Assembly: GCF_026210795.1 (NCBI RefSeq)
Contig: NC_089430.1
Location: 3,286,001-3,350,000 of the forward strand
DNA from: Rhizophagus irregularis
Lineage: Eukaryota
Reading direction: 5' to 3'
DNA: 64,000 nucleotides
Under the pieces are notes generated by a model. It was not told the DNA's origin. It searched no databases and was given only the letters and a program-made list of their open reading frames with translations. A program made the position numbers and the translations under genes. Of the stretch, positions 13,532 through 26,634 are shown piece after piece. Every line of letters begins with the position of its first letter. Position 1 is the first letter of the stretch.

Positions 13532-16500
13532 GGGCCGTGACATATATTACGTAATTTCTTAGGGGGTGGGGGGTAATTAGTTATATTAGTAGAAATCTTA
13601 CGTTACACTGATCTGTATATCATGTGATCTATGATCATAATCTGATTCGCCGTAAACATTTTTTTTTTAATTTTCAGAAAAAAATTTTTAATTAAATTAA
13701 ATTGTTTTGTATTTTTAATTTAATATACGTAATTTATATTGCACAAATTTTAGATATTATGTACTCAGTTAAATAATAGTGATAGTTTTATAGAAAATCT
13801 GCATTTAAGATATTCTTGCAGTATATTCCTTTTTTAATGTACCGCTATTGCAAATAAAACTGAAATATACTTTACATTTTACGTATTTTTTACTTTAATT
13901 TTTCAAAGTGAGACAAAATTTTCAATTTAATTATTCAAATATATATTCACTCTCCATCTGACATGTATTCTCTTAAACCAAGTTGAATTTCATTAGATGG
14001 GACAATATGTTCTGGTTGTTGTGAAGGTAAAAGAGAAAAATCATCAAGAATCATAGAATTTTGTTTAACCTGATCCTTTTTTGGGCGTCCTCGAGTAGCA
14101 GGATGTGCTGTGCGTTTGTGATTTGTCAAAAAGGCAAGAGTAGGAAAATATTTTTGACAGACGGAACAACAAAGACGTGAGTACATATTTTTATCAATAG
14201 ATGGACAATCAGCATCATAGCCTGGTATTTTCAAAAGATCACAATATTGAAGAATGTGAATAGGATTCATAAAATGTCCATCTCTAGCTTTGGTGACAGG
14301 TGGCAAGAAACCATTGTTGTTTTGTAGAAAGTCCATGGCTTCTTCAGCTCTAGGTGGTTCACAACAACTTGTATTTTTACAGCGCTTGATATCAACCGAA
14401 TAGGTGCACAAATTACAATGTGTTTCAATCCAAGACCATGGTACAAAACATTCCGAGAAGGTATTTGCATCCTCTTCATTTTTTTTTGAATTTTTTTCTC
14501 GTCTTTTTAATTCTTCTGCCCTTTCTTTATCTGTACCTTCAAACTTTATATTTTCAAATGGATTAGTAAGTGTATCTACATAATGGACATCAACTTTCTT
14601 TCCAAAAATCAAATCACGACTCCAAATATCACACAAGGTTTCTCCCGCATATCGAAAATTTTGAGTAGCCAATTCTGGATTTATTACTCTTCCTTGTGTA
14701 TTCAAATGTATACCAAAATGGTTGATTGGCAATGTCGACACCAGCAAGTTTTCCAGACAATGTCGCCATACCTCTTTCCACAGGATTATATTTTGATTGT
14801 CCTGGAGCATGCGTCCTTACACTTAAATAATCTAAATCAAATTTCTTGAAGAGATGACAATATGCTTTTATATTTTTTAAAAATCTAGGATTTTCATCTG
14901 GTCCTCCATCCACCAACAATATCCAAATAGGTCGAATATTTCCATTTATTTTTAACACATCATCGTATTTGGAATCCATGGTAAGACTATTAAGATCTTG
15001 CATATGAGTAACTGAAGACGTACCAAGAGACCATTGAGGACGTACAAAAATTGCCAGTTGTCCTGTTCGAAGTGCATCATTTGAATCACTTGGCTTTATC
15101 ATCAAATATACTGATGGAATTAATTTTTGCGCATATCCAGTAGGAAAATCATGATCTGCTACACATATGGGTTCATTAACTGATTGTAGTGTATGAAAAG
15201 TCCGGCCTACTGCAGGTATTCCTAAGCCTATTTTCGCCTTGTCATCTTGAGAAATAATAACACTCATATCAGCAAATAATGAAGCAAATTGTCTTGCACA
15301 TTTAACAGATGCAAGACAGTAATGTCCATCAGGATGTTCTCGCATTTCAGTACGTGAAACTCCAGCTACTGCAACCCATGCCGGATGATGATGTGCTCTT
15401 GCAGCAATTGAATTGGCTTGACGAGGCAATAGATAATTATTTAATGTGGTTCGTGCCATATATACATTGTATCTTTCTTCAAGATTTTTACGCAAGTTTT
15501 CAACTATACGCACTTTAACTACTTCCTTCCTTCGTTTTGCATCAGCTGATCCAAATTCAACTGAATTATGAATTTGATCATGCAAGTCTGGGTATTTAAA
15601 GAGAATTGGAGGCCGACCACATCCATCATATCGCACAACTTCCTGATCTTCAGTAAGCATTTTTAATTTTTTCGCTCTACAATCTTGAACATACTTTGCA
15701 TTTCTTTTTAACTTCATGATTTTGTCTTTATTAGAGCTAATTTCAGTTCGAAGATCATTTATTTTTATGTACATATCATTTCGGATTTGAGGGTCAGTTG
15801 TAATATTGCAAATTTGCTCTAATTCGGCTATCTTTCTTTCAATCATTTTGATCTCATCAGTTGCTCTCCTTTGGGCTGATGCATTTGGTGAAATTTCCAG
15901 TGTTGAGTCTATGGAATGAATGATAGGAGGGGGTGGAATGGGATCTTCTCTTGGTATAGAATGCTTTGATATTACTGTTCGTATATCATACAAGTTAAAG
16001 GGAATTGCCAGGTATTGTTTAATTATATCTTCAATTTCTGTAGAATTTTTGTTTTTAATTTTATTCCATTCTTGTGCTGCTTCACGGCAAATATCAGCAC
16101 GGTTTGGAGTATAATTTGCAGTTTTTACCATGATGCTATATACATAAGCATTGGAAAATTCTTGATATTTATTTATAGGTGAGCGATATATTGGTTTTTT
16201 ATTAAATTTAGGAGTTGAAAAAAACATTTGACGACTCATTTTCGATATTAATATGATGTATTAAATTTAAAAAAATATTAAAATATGAAATAAGCCAAGT
16301 GGAAGATAAAAGTTTCGCAGCGCGTCAAAGTATTTCGCAAAACTTGCAATGAAACCGTGATATAAAATGATCGGCATGTTACATTAAGGAGTTTAATAAT
16401 TGTAATTTTTCGAAATTTAAACATTTTGATAGAAAATAAATTTTGGATTGTTTTTAAATTCGCATGAAAATTTATTAATTTTTTTTCGAAATAAAGCCAT

Positions 16501-16772
16501 TTTAAATATATTTGGATATATGTAAAATAAATATATATATATACAAATTTAAACTTAAATATCTTGAAAATCTGGATGAAACATCAAGAATCCAAAGAAA
16601 AAGAGAATAGAAATCGTATTGACAGAATGACTTTATTTAATCATAGAAGTGAATCAACCGGAAATTTTATAAAGTTGATAAAAATGTCACGTGATTGAAG
16701 ATCATATCTTACATGGGGGTGGGGGGTAAGCGTTTATATTAAATTGATATTACGTAATATATGTCACTGCCC
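13532..16772 (-). mobile_element. Zator-superfamily DNA transposon, full length
   Basis: 24 bp TIRs GGGC(C/A)GTGACATATATTACGTAAT; TAA TSD at 13529-13531 and 16773-16775; single transposase gene. Confidence 0.8.
13947..16239 (-). pseudogene. Zator transposase with a single +1 frameshift near 14737
   Basis: SQDDKAK, ADHDF, DGGPDENPR, HAPGQSKYNPVER; C-terminal C2H2 finger; GGT GTC G ACA TTG joins the two ORF frames. Confidence 0.75.
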
Positions 16773-17662
16773 TAATGGCACTAAAAAACCAAATATAAAT
16801 AATGAATTTTTTGACAATAATGATAGGAATGAAGAACAGGATCATGGTCAAGGTTAGTTTTAAAATTAATATGATTTTATATTTAATATATGTGCGAACA
16901 CGGTATAACAGTAATATTAAAGTTTATTAAATAGTTATTAATTAACACAATTTTATTTACAAAAAGTAAATTCCTTTTTTCTTATTTATATTTTATAGAT
17001 GATCAAGTAAAAGTATTGGATACCAATACTGATGATGCTAACGAAGATTTTTGTAAGTTTCAATTTATATCTTATAATCTTAGTAATTTAAAGCAAACAG
17101 TAATATTTAAATTTATGTTTATTATTTTCTATTTATTGTAATGTATAAGGTTCAACCCAAAAAAAATGATAAAAAAAGAACGAAAATTGGTAAATTTTCG
17201 CATTTTTTTTCTTACCTTGTTGATTAACAAAAGAGATACTTACTTTTTGTTATTTTAAATTATATTAGATACCTCGATGCGTAAAAGGGCTAAACCAGGT
17301 ATTGTATAATTCACAGAAAGTAAACTCTGAAACTTGAATTTGAAATAATATATATATTTTTCTTTAGACGAAAAAATATTATTGGCCATTAATAAGATCA
17401 GAGGTCCCACAATAGATTCGTTATTATATTCATTGAGCAAATTGAAAAATACCGGAGTTAAAAGTGTAACAATGAACTTGGTTAATAATAATATACGATT
17501 TATGGATTCTACAGGAACATTAGTAATAAAGCCAAATCACGTTAACTCTGATGATATAACAATTAATGCCAGTTTTCCTCATTATGATTATAATCAAGCC
17601 TCGGATCTCAGCTTCGAGGCAAATATTATCGAATTAAAGAAATTCAAAGAATTGGATATGGC

Positions 17663-18036
17663 TAAAGATATGATATGTAATTATTTTTAGAAGGTTGTAA
17701 AGTTGCAATTATTACAACATACATACAACACTTTTGTTGTAATTACAACACAATATTATAATTATTATATAGTATTATAATTACTACTAGTATTGTAATT
17801 ATTATAATGTGTTATAATTATTTTCAATTATACAAATATATATTATTATTTCTTTTTATGATGATATTTGTTCTATAAAAACTTATTTTTGTAATTTTTA
17901 TTTTTCAAAAAGAAAATTTTTGAATAATCATAAGTATTGTAATATTACAACACTTTAACTTTAAAAGTAGTAATAGGTTGCAACTCTTACTATTATAACA
18001 CAAGGTAGTAATTATCAATTACATACTACATCTTTA
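17663..18036. mobile_element. hAT-type MITE
   Basis: 8 bp TSD GATATGGC; degenerate TIR TAAAGAT....TATGTAATT. Confidence 0.8.
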
Positions 18037-19249
18037 GATATGGCAAGTATAAGATTGGCGGAAGATTTGCATAAGCTGCTAGGTTATATTGGTAAATTGC
18101 CAAATAATCCATCTATACGTGATAGGTCAATCTTCAGTAAAAAAGAAGAGTATAGAGAAGCCCCCATTAGTCATTTGGAAAAGATTAATTCAACACAAGA
18201 TTTTCAATTTTTTCGTGGTACTCAACGTATTAATTTGATTTCTGATGACAATCAAAAAAGTTGCAGTTCTTTTAAAATTTTACCAATTCGTGTGCAAGAA
18301 AAGACTTCATCACTTACTGAATTATCTGATAAATTCAAGAAGATTGCAAAAGATTTATTGGAGGATATATTTTTATCCGTAATGGGAGAAGCAAATGAGC
18401 AAGGAAATAAAGAAATGGCTAGATGCAAGGAACTAAGGTTCCATGTCAGGTTTTTTAAGTCATACATACAATTACAGGCTTTTTGTGAGATAAACTTAAA
18501 CAAAAAACAATCAGAGACGACAAAATCTCAAGCAAAAATATTAATTGCTCAATTTTACCCCTTAATTTCTTTACCGAATTTGGAATTGATGCTTCAGCAA
18601 GCACCACGTATATACAGGTTACTAGAAGTAGCCAATTTTGATTGGCGACTTTTAGATTCTTTCGAAGAATTAAGCGCATGTTTTTTTAAGAGTGGGGTAA
18701 AGACAACAATTAACTTTGAAATATGGATCAATTTGGTCCGTACAGGCAAGCTGATTAGTTATGACGAAGAATTAAAAACTCAAGAAAGAAATAGGGAAAA
18801 CAAGAGGATTAAAATTGAAATTATTAAGGAATATTTTGATATTTCAGGGGTTAATTTTGACAAGATGGTTGGTAATGAGTAGGTAGTAAACAGAGAAAAA
18901 AAAATTTTTTTTGCAGTCAAATAGTTTTGCATTATAATTAGAATGAATTTATATTATAATAATAAAAAATGGACTCGAAAAGCGTTGCAACCTCCAGATT
19001 TATAAATTAACATTATAAGTAATTTAGTAATTTTACATGAATAAAAGGCTAAATAATATGCAATCTTTTATTGTTTGCGCATTCTAACATTTGCTAAATA
19101 AACTTGCTATAATTGCTATCGTTTACTATCATAAATAAATAAATAAATAAATCAATTTGTGGCTTAGCCTATTTTTACATGAAAAAAACTCCGATATGTT
19201 ATTTATGTATACGTTTTTTTGTATTTATTTAAAAACGTTTTTTTTTGAA

Positions 19250-19745
19250 TACATTTATTATTACATCAATTTGTTGTTAATGGTTTGGAACATTGTTCCA
19301 GTTGGTTCGATATTTTGTTAAACACTTCATCAGATATAGAATGGAGTACTTTTACATGTAAAAGACGTAGTCCTTGAATTAATTTATCTAAAAAATTAAA
19401 TGTTAATTAATGATCTAGTTTAAAATTTTAAATTTATAATATTAAACATACCGTCCCATATTTTATTCTCTTTTTCTGCTGTTATTTCAAATTCCTCAAA
19501 ACCATCATACTCTTCAGAAGTACCACTTTCTGTCTCTGAATTATCATTATCATAATTATCAATAATCTTAAAAGGTCCATAATCATAATCATCAAGAATT
19601 TGATCATCGCTAAAATAATTGTAATTATTAGGAAAATGTAAGTTATATTTTTTATTATAAATAATCGATCAATTACCTTTTAGATGTATCTTCTAACACT
19701 GAAGGAAATGGAACATCAAAGCTTTGATTATTACTGTCACTAAAG
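19250..19745 (-). pseudogene. Second CACTA Tnp2 fragment
   Basis: DKLIQGLRLLHVKVLHSISD matches DELIQGLRLLHTKVLHSISD at ~6850-6910, with the same exon structure. Confidence 0.65.
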
Positions 19746-20782
19746 TCATATTATAACAACAATTAGTAAATTAGTAAAAGTAATTTTTACTTTTAGCAAT
19801 AACAGTACGATATATTAGCTAATATTTTAGGAGGTATAATGATAATTTTAATTATTTGTAGATAAAGTAAAAAAATTGACTATGCTGATTTTAAATAAGG
19901 GCAATTTTAACAAATAAGGGAAGGTTTTCACTTTGACAATCTCAATTTAGTGTAGCGAGAGGTCCCTGACAATAGGAGAAATAATGGTAAGACAACAGTA
20001 AAACAAAAATTTTAAAAAACTTTTGTCCATTGATGAAACTTACCGAAAGTTCATCATTCCAAAAATATGTTTTTCTTTCATATTTACCTAAAGTCCATTC
20101 CAAAGTCCAGATGTTCTGATTCTAAAAATGAAAAAACGTTAGTTATAATATTTTTAATATAAATACATTTACACCTAATTACCTGAAAGGCTGTTCCAAA
20201 TGGTTTTTTCTTTCAAATATCTATATAGAAGGAAGACATAAAATAGAGTAATAGATTGATTAATATACGTGAAGTATGAGTCTTCAGAAATAAAAATCAG
20301 CAAAAACAATGTGTATAAATAAGATAGAACAAGTATCGATATGCGCCCAGTCTTAAGCCGCAGGATCCTCTTCAAGAAAATTTTATTTTCTAGAAGAAGA
20401 AACCTGAGTCTTAAACGATACCAATTCTATGTATGCGCTTAGTTTTAAGCCGCATGATTCTCCTTAAGAGAAGAAACCGAAAATAACTTACAATTAATAA
20501 ATTAAAATTTAACTATGAACATAATACTGGTGTAATGTTATACAATGGAAAAAAAATGATGAAAAGATTGATGACATAGTAAATCATGTAAAATTTCTTT
20601 TTAGGTCATATTAACGAGAATTTTTTTTCCTTTTTTATGTATTCAACCGCAATATGGATATTGAAAAGATGAATCGTGTGAAATTTCTTAATGAACTGCA
20701 AATGCTTTTAACTCTCTTTTTTCCTTTTTTTTTTCTTTTTTTTCACATTTTCATTTTCAACATCCAATTTTATATCGTAAAC

Positions 20783-21996
20783 ATGGATATCTTGCCAGAA
20801 ATCGACTTAAGTGAGAACAGAATTACGAATAATACAATTGACAAACTAATCGAAACGCTTAAAACTACTAAGTTCAAGGTTAACCTTATTATACAAATTA
20901 AGATATATTTTAAATATAAATCTAAAGTTTTTATTTGAATTAGAAATTGAACCTCAAGAGTGTCTTCACTAAAAATAACAAACAAGAAACCTTTGAAATT
21001 TTGAGAAAAATATGCGAAGTAATTAAAAAAAGCACAAATTTGGAAGAACTGATAATTAGTAAAAATGCACTAGGAAAAAGCGGTGCAAAGGCGTTAAAAG
21101 TTTTTTTAACTAATAATGTTAATTTAAAGCACTTGATAATTGACGACGCGGGGTTAGGCGAAGGAGGTACAGTTATATTAGAATCGTTATTGAATTCGAG
21201 AAGGAAAACTTCTTATTTAGAAACATTTTCAATAAAAGAAAATGTTTTAGGAAAACAGTGTTCCAAACTGCTTTCTATGGTTCTACATAAACATAAAATT
21301 ACACTAACAAAAGTAATTTTGTCTCGAAACAGCTTTTATAACTCAGATCTTTGTCAAATAATAGAGTCTTTAAGTTTGTGTAAGAAGTTACAAATTATTA
21401 ATCTCGAAGATAATTTTTTCACTAAAAAAACATCAAAAATGCTTAGTCAATCTTTGGCTAACTGGCCGGATTTAAAACAACTAATAATTAATGATTGTTT
21501 GATATGTAAAAAAGGTGTTATATATATTTTAGAGGCATTATTAAAGGGTACCAATAAAAATATTGAATATCTGGGGTTTCAATATTGTAGTATTGATGAG
21601 AATGGGTTCTATACTTTGGCAAGTATAATTAAAAAAAGTCTAATGTTAAAAGTGGTGGAAATCAATGGGAATTATTCAATTAAAAAAAAATGTATGTCAA
21701 AGCTAAATTTGGTCTCTAAAAAAAATGGAACCTTGATAAATGGATTTGATGATTTAATTAACGAAGATGATGAGGGAGAAGAAAAGGAGGGAAAGGAAAA
21801 GGAATTGGACGATAATGAGGTAGAGGAAATTCATAATGACATGAAAGGGAAAGGTCATGATGGAAAGAAGAGAAAGGAGGAGGAGGGGCTGGACGTAGAG
21901 GAAGAGGAAGGAGACTATGATGAAAAGGAGGGAAAGGAGGAGGAGGGGTTGGACGTAGAGGAAGAGGAAGGAGACTATGATGGAAAGGAGGAGTGA
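20783..21996 (+). CDS. Divergent RanGAP (Rna1-like) leucine-rich-repeat protein with acidic tail; exons 20783-20878 and 20944-21996; 382 aa
   Basis: RI-type LRRs matching RanGAP (INLEDNFFT, WPDLKQLIINDCL, LGFQYCSID, VEINGN); D/E-rich tail; one GT-AG intron; no disruptions. Confidence 0.8.
21872..21992 (+). repeat. 60 bp tandem duplication in the acidic tail
   Basis: KEEEGLDVEEEEGDYD occurs twice. Confidence 0.9.
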
Positions 21997-22269
21997 CTGA
22001 TGATGAAATCATGAGTTTTATAATAATAATAAGATAGTGCCGTAGTACAGTTGCGATTTTATTGTAAAATTAAAATATTTTGTATATATTGTGCCAGCTG
22101 GCAACTTAATAAGCATCCCATGACTTTAAATTTTAGCTGAAAAGTTAATTGAACGAATAATTTACTTACATTAATTATTCTACGTAAAAATCATTCATAA
22201 TTTTTTATTTATTTTTTTTTTACATTTTATAATATAAAATTATAAATTCAGTCTAATGTGATAAATCAG

Positions 22270-23383
22270 ATACTATTATTAACCAAATTCATTGCTACAC
22301 TTTTAACTCCAGTTTTTTTCAATTTGCTCAAAGAATAGAATAATGAATCTATAATAGGATCTCCAATCTTACTAATAGCCAATAAACTTTCTTTGTCTAA
22401 AGAAAAATATATATATATATTACTTCAGATTCAAGTTCACAAGTTTTGCTTTCTGTTAATTATACAATACCCGGTTTAGTCACTTTTTTACATATCGAAG
22501 TATTGCCTAATATAATTTAAAATACCAAAAAGTAAATATTACTTTTGTTAATCAACAAAGTAGAAAAAAAATACGAAATTTTACCGATTTTCACTCTTTT
22601 TTTATCATTTTTTAGGGTTGAGCCTTATATAGAAACAATAAACATAAATTTAGTATTATTGTTTGTTCTAATTATTAAGATTATAAGATATAATTTGAAA
22701 CGTACAAAAATCTTCGTTAGTATTATTGGTATCTGATATTTCTAATATTTCTACTTGATCATCTATAAATAAGTAAAGAAGAATTTTACTTTTTGTAAAC
22801 AAACAAAGAAACGATGAAAAAGAACTACCATCACTTTCCCTAACATGTTTTTTGTTTGAATTTCCTTCGATATCTCGCGATGCTTATAATATAAATATGA
22901 AAATTGGATTAATAACTTTATAATAATTATACATAACAAAATCTCAATATTATTGCTATACCGTGTTCGCCTATATATTAAATATAAAATCATAGTAATT
23001 TAAAACTAACCTTGACTATCATAATTTTCAGAAAGACTTTACCAACCGTGCTATTAAGATTAGAAAGATCGATATTTTTAAAGATAATCCAGAACCATTT
23101 GTCCTAATAATTCCTCCTAGTGTTACTGGTGGTGATGGTCCTCCTGGTTCTTCCGGTGGCATTGTTTTTGAAACTTTTAGTAATAATGCACTAATAAAAA
23201 ACAAAATAAAAATAATGAAAATAATGAACTCTAACTTGGCATCGAAATCTATAATTATGAAATATTGATTCAAAAAAATTGATATAAAATTCGATTTATA
23301 TTGCCACACATTTTATTTTTTGTTTTTTTTTGTTCTCATTTTTTACCTGCACAATTCTTGCATTTGTCTTTAGTTTTTGACAT
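22270..23383 (-). pseudogene. Truncated paralogue of the 13214-18882 gene with exon 2 inverted
   Basis: Exon and intron similarity to ~16840-17490 on the minus strand, but the exon-2 homologue at ~23070-23240 lies on the plus strand. Confidence 0.7.
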
Positions 23384-23499
23384 CTTTTTTCAAAAAATAA
23401 TTCATGTCTTTTAAAGAAAGAAAGAAATTTAGTTTATAAAATTAAATAATCTAATTACGTTATTTTATTTAATTTTTTGCCGATCAAAATATTCATGTA

Positions 23500-23921
23500 C
23501 TCGATCAGAATATTTTAAGGACACATCATCACATACCAGGTCATTTGTGAAACCGATACGAATAGTATATAGTCCTTCCCAGAATATTTTAAAATATTAC
23601 AATTCGAAACACTATTTTAAATATCCATTTGTACAATTTCAGTATATTTTAAGAATATTATATTAACATACCTAAATTACTGATAAATTACTTTTAAGGA
23701 TATTTTCCATATCTAATCAGAATATTTTAAAATACCAGTCAATATTACATTTGAAAATTAAGTATATTTTTTGTATAATTTAAACTTATTTATTATTATA
23801 GAACACTATTTTAAATATACTGTTTGTACAAATTTCAGTATATTTTAAGAATATTATTACTATATAAGGATATTTTAACCATAAAACTAGTACAGTTTAA
23901 GGATGTAGACTTTTTATAGGG
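23500..23921 (-). repeat. CCCTA-type (CMC) terminus with AGAATATTTTAA subterminal repeats
   Basis: TTTTTATAGGG ends at 23921; similar motifs in the MITE at 33549-33879. Confidence 0.55.
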
Positions 23922-24065
23922 ACGTAGAACCATAGTCTTTTAGTTCTAGGCTAATTCTGGCTAGATATATAGTGTCAGTTGGAATTACTAAATATGGCAA
24001 TCACGTGATCCCGGATAAATAGTTTAGCCACTGGACAAAAAATTTTTTACTGGTTCTGTCATTGC

Positions 24066-24308
24066 TAAGGTTGCTTGTCTAAACCTATTCAAAATCCTAT
24101 GATTAGTTTCGTCAAAATTTTACTATAGATTTATTATAGTTTCGGCAGAGTTTTGGCAGTTTCAGCATTTATAATAAGTTTCGGCAGTTTCGCCTTTTCC
24201 AAAGTTTCACCAGTTTTTTAATATAACTTTAATATAGTTTCGGCAGAATTTCACTTTTCGGCGAAATGCCATCTTGCCAAATCCCCTAAATTTCGGCAAG
24301 CAACCTTA
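24066..24308. mobile_element. hAT MITE family A, copy 1
   Basis: TIR TAAGGTTGCTTG; TSD GTCATTGC/GTCATTGT. Confidence 0.85.
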
Positions 24309-25187
24309 GTCATTGTAACACAAAAATTTTTGTATTACACTTACTTGTAATTCTGGCTGGCACTATAAGTTCGGCCTGAATTAACAGCAGGATTGAAAAG
24401 ACTGAAAGACCGCGGTCTGTCTTAAGACTGGCAGTCCTGAGACTGAGTAAGACCAGTAGGACCGATGACCATCTTTAGTAGCAATTGCTGATCGTGCACT
24501 TTTAAATACTTTTTTAATTTTAAGAAAACTAATCCAGGAGGAAAAAATGTCAAATTTTTCACCACTTTTTTTGTCAAATACATAGAAAGTTTTGTCTTTT
24601 TTATCATAAATTAAAGTTCCCTCTCTATATTTTGCTTTTTTATAAAAAAAATAAATCTGTTTTCCATTAAAACTAGGTTGAAATCTATATAATTCTTGAA
24701 GGGCCTCGGGATGCTTAATTTTTTTGATTCCTGTAAGTTGGTTTAGTCACTTAAAACACGTTTCTAAAGTAAAAAAAACTTTAATTAATAAAATATTTTA
24801 TTAAATAAAAATATTTAAGTCTACTTTTCTGACTATATTTATTAAATTTAAGTATATATATATATGTATATATGTATATATATAGCCGATTAAAAATTTC
24901 TTTTCATAGAAATATTTAATCACGTTTTGAAGAACCAAAAAATGAAAAAAAGATCTCATATTTGTTATACTTTAATGGTGTAATAATATTGTATATCAAA
25001 TTCTTTTATCGGAAATGATTTATCTTTCAAATTTTTGACATTTATTAGTGAATTATATTAATTTAATATATAAGACAGTTTTGTTAACCTAAAATCATAT
25101 TGTGTAATATTCAGTTAGATTCCTCTCACCCCTTGATAATGTATGAAGATATTGTGAAGTCTGATAACTTTTCTAGGGAGTTCTGAG

Positions 25188-25432
25188 TAAGATTGCTGGA
25201 GAAACTAAGGGGTTTTAGCAAGTTGGCGAAATGCCAAAATGGCGAAACTTTGCCAAAATTATATGAAAGTCTTATTAAAAAATTGGCAAAACTCTGGAGA
25301 AAAGCGAAACCTGATTAAACTTATTATAAATGCCGAAACTACTGAAACCTTGTTAAAACTATAATAAAACTATAGTAAAATTTTGGAGAAACTAATTGTA
25401 GAATTTTGGAGAGGTTTAGGCAAGCAACCTTA
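25188..25432. mobile_element. hAT MITE family A, copy 2
   Basis: Perfect TSD GTTCTGAG; TIR TAAG(A/G)TTGCT. Confidence 0.85.
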
Positions 25433-26022
25433 GTTCTGAGTCCGCTGCTCTTACTAAAATACCATTGAGTTTGTTCCAATATCTATTTATATCTTCTTGA
25501 AAATACTCTGTAAGATTGGCTTTATTCTTAATTACTTTTTGATCTAGCGAGTTTAGTTGATTTTTTATATTAAGCCAGAACTTATTACACTTTTCCATTT
25601 CAATGTCATCACAATCATACAAAACTATGGTGTGGGCATTACCAGCACAGGTCGAAATGCTAAAAATCGGCAAAAAAATGGCACGAAAAGCAGTGGCTAT
25701 TCTTGGCTATTCTTGGCTGTTTTTGGCTATTTGCGAATTAACCTATACTATTTGTAAATAGTTTATATAAATTTGCGAATAGTTTATGCAATTCTAGCCA
25801 TTTTTTTGCTTGTTTTTGGTCATTTAACGTGTGCAGTAGGTAATTTGTCATATATTGTATTTTTTTTATTATTTCTTATGAGGATCGAGGTATCTATCAT
25901 AGTTAATGTAACTATGTCATAATCATTATGTGTGATAAACATTGAGGGGATAATTGAAAAATTCATTAAATTATTACTGTGATTTTCTGATATCCAAATT
26001 TGGTCTATTCTCGTGCTTACAC

Positions 26023-26237
26023 AGGATTCCGCTTACTTATAATAAAGGTCACTGTAGAAAATTGGTCCTTTATTAATAGTTTTTACCTTACTTTTTTCTT
26101 AAATTCTATTGGTTAATTAGCTAAAATCATAACAATGTAACATAAAATTTTCTTTTATAGTAGGATCTGCAAAGAATTTTATATATGATTTTTACCTTAA
26201 GCCTGGGGGTGACCTATCTTATAAATAAGCAAATTCT
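26023..26237. mobile_element. AGG-terminus, 8 bp-TSD MITE
   Basis: TIR AGGATTCCGCTTACTTATAA (degenerate at the right end); TSD GCTTACAC/ACTTACAC. Confidence 0.7.
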
Positions 26238-26634
26238 ACTTACACCCTCTCTGTGATAAGTATTTTTTAGTACTTTTTTATTGAACTTTCTATATAAACC
26301 AATGTCTCAAGATCATTAAAAAATTTGGGTTTTGTAATATGTTATAGACTTGTGATGGGTACGATCAATATGACCATTTGAAATCAAGTTAAAATCTCCT
26401 ATTAATATATGTACTATATATATTTGATTTTTTCCTTATAGTTTCATCACACATTTCCTTTTTAAGTTGTTCCAAGGTGTCATGAAAAATTGTTTTATTT
26501 TGTGATGCTGCGTAAATAATTTATATGCAAAATAAAACATTTCTGAATAAAAAGTATGCTGAGACTAATTTCATCTGAATAATCCCTACATACTTTCTTA
26601 ACGGACTACATGAACAACCAGGTGTATCCAGATG

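Larger units (their letters stand above)
13214..18882 (+). pseudogene. Multi-exon hypothetical gene interrupted by the Zator element and a hAT MITE
   Basis: Removing both inserts by their TSDs restores the frame (SKTFSN|NGTKK and KELDM|ASIRL); long final exon to 18882; partial paralogue at 22270-23383. Confidence 0.65.
25070..26560 (-). pseudogene. Non-LTR (LINE) retrotransposon relic: APE endonuclease and linker
   Basis: HILIGDFN at ~26390-26410; TYHREGVSTRIDQIW after removing the MITE at 26023-26237. Confidence 0.7.

Noticed and set aside
13532..16772. PIF/Harbinger assignment from the TAA TSD and GGG ends
   Set aside because: The transposase lacks Harbinger motifs and a Myb partner gene; DDKAK/DHDF/DGGPDE fit Zator better
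20654..20782. Upstream in-frame ATG extending the RanGAP-like protein
   Set aside because: The extension is a poly-T/Phe tract typical of a 5' UTR; 20783 preferred, though not proven
21758..22012. Pro-rich minus-strand ORF (similarly 37812-38126 and 63668-63886)
   Set aside because: Antisense shadows of purine-rich or acidic low-complexity sequence
23028..23309. 93 aa hydrophobic ORF
   Set aside because: Chance frame across an intron and the antisense of the inverted exon
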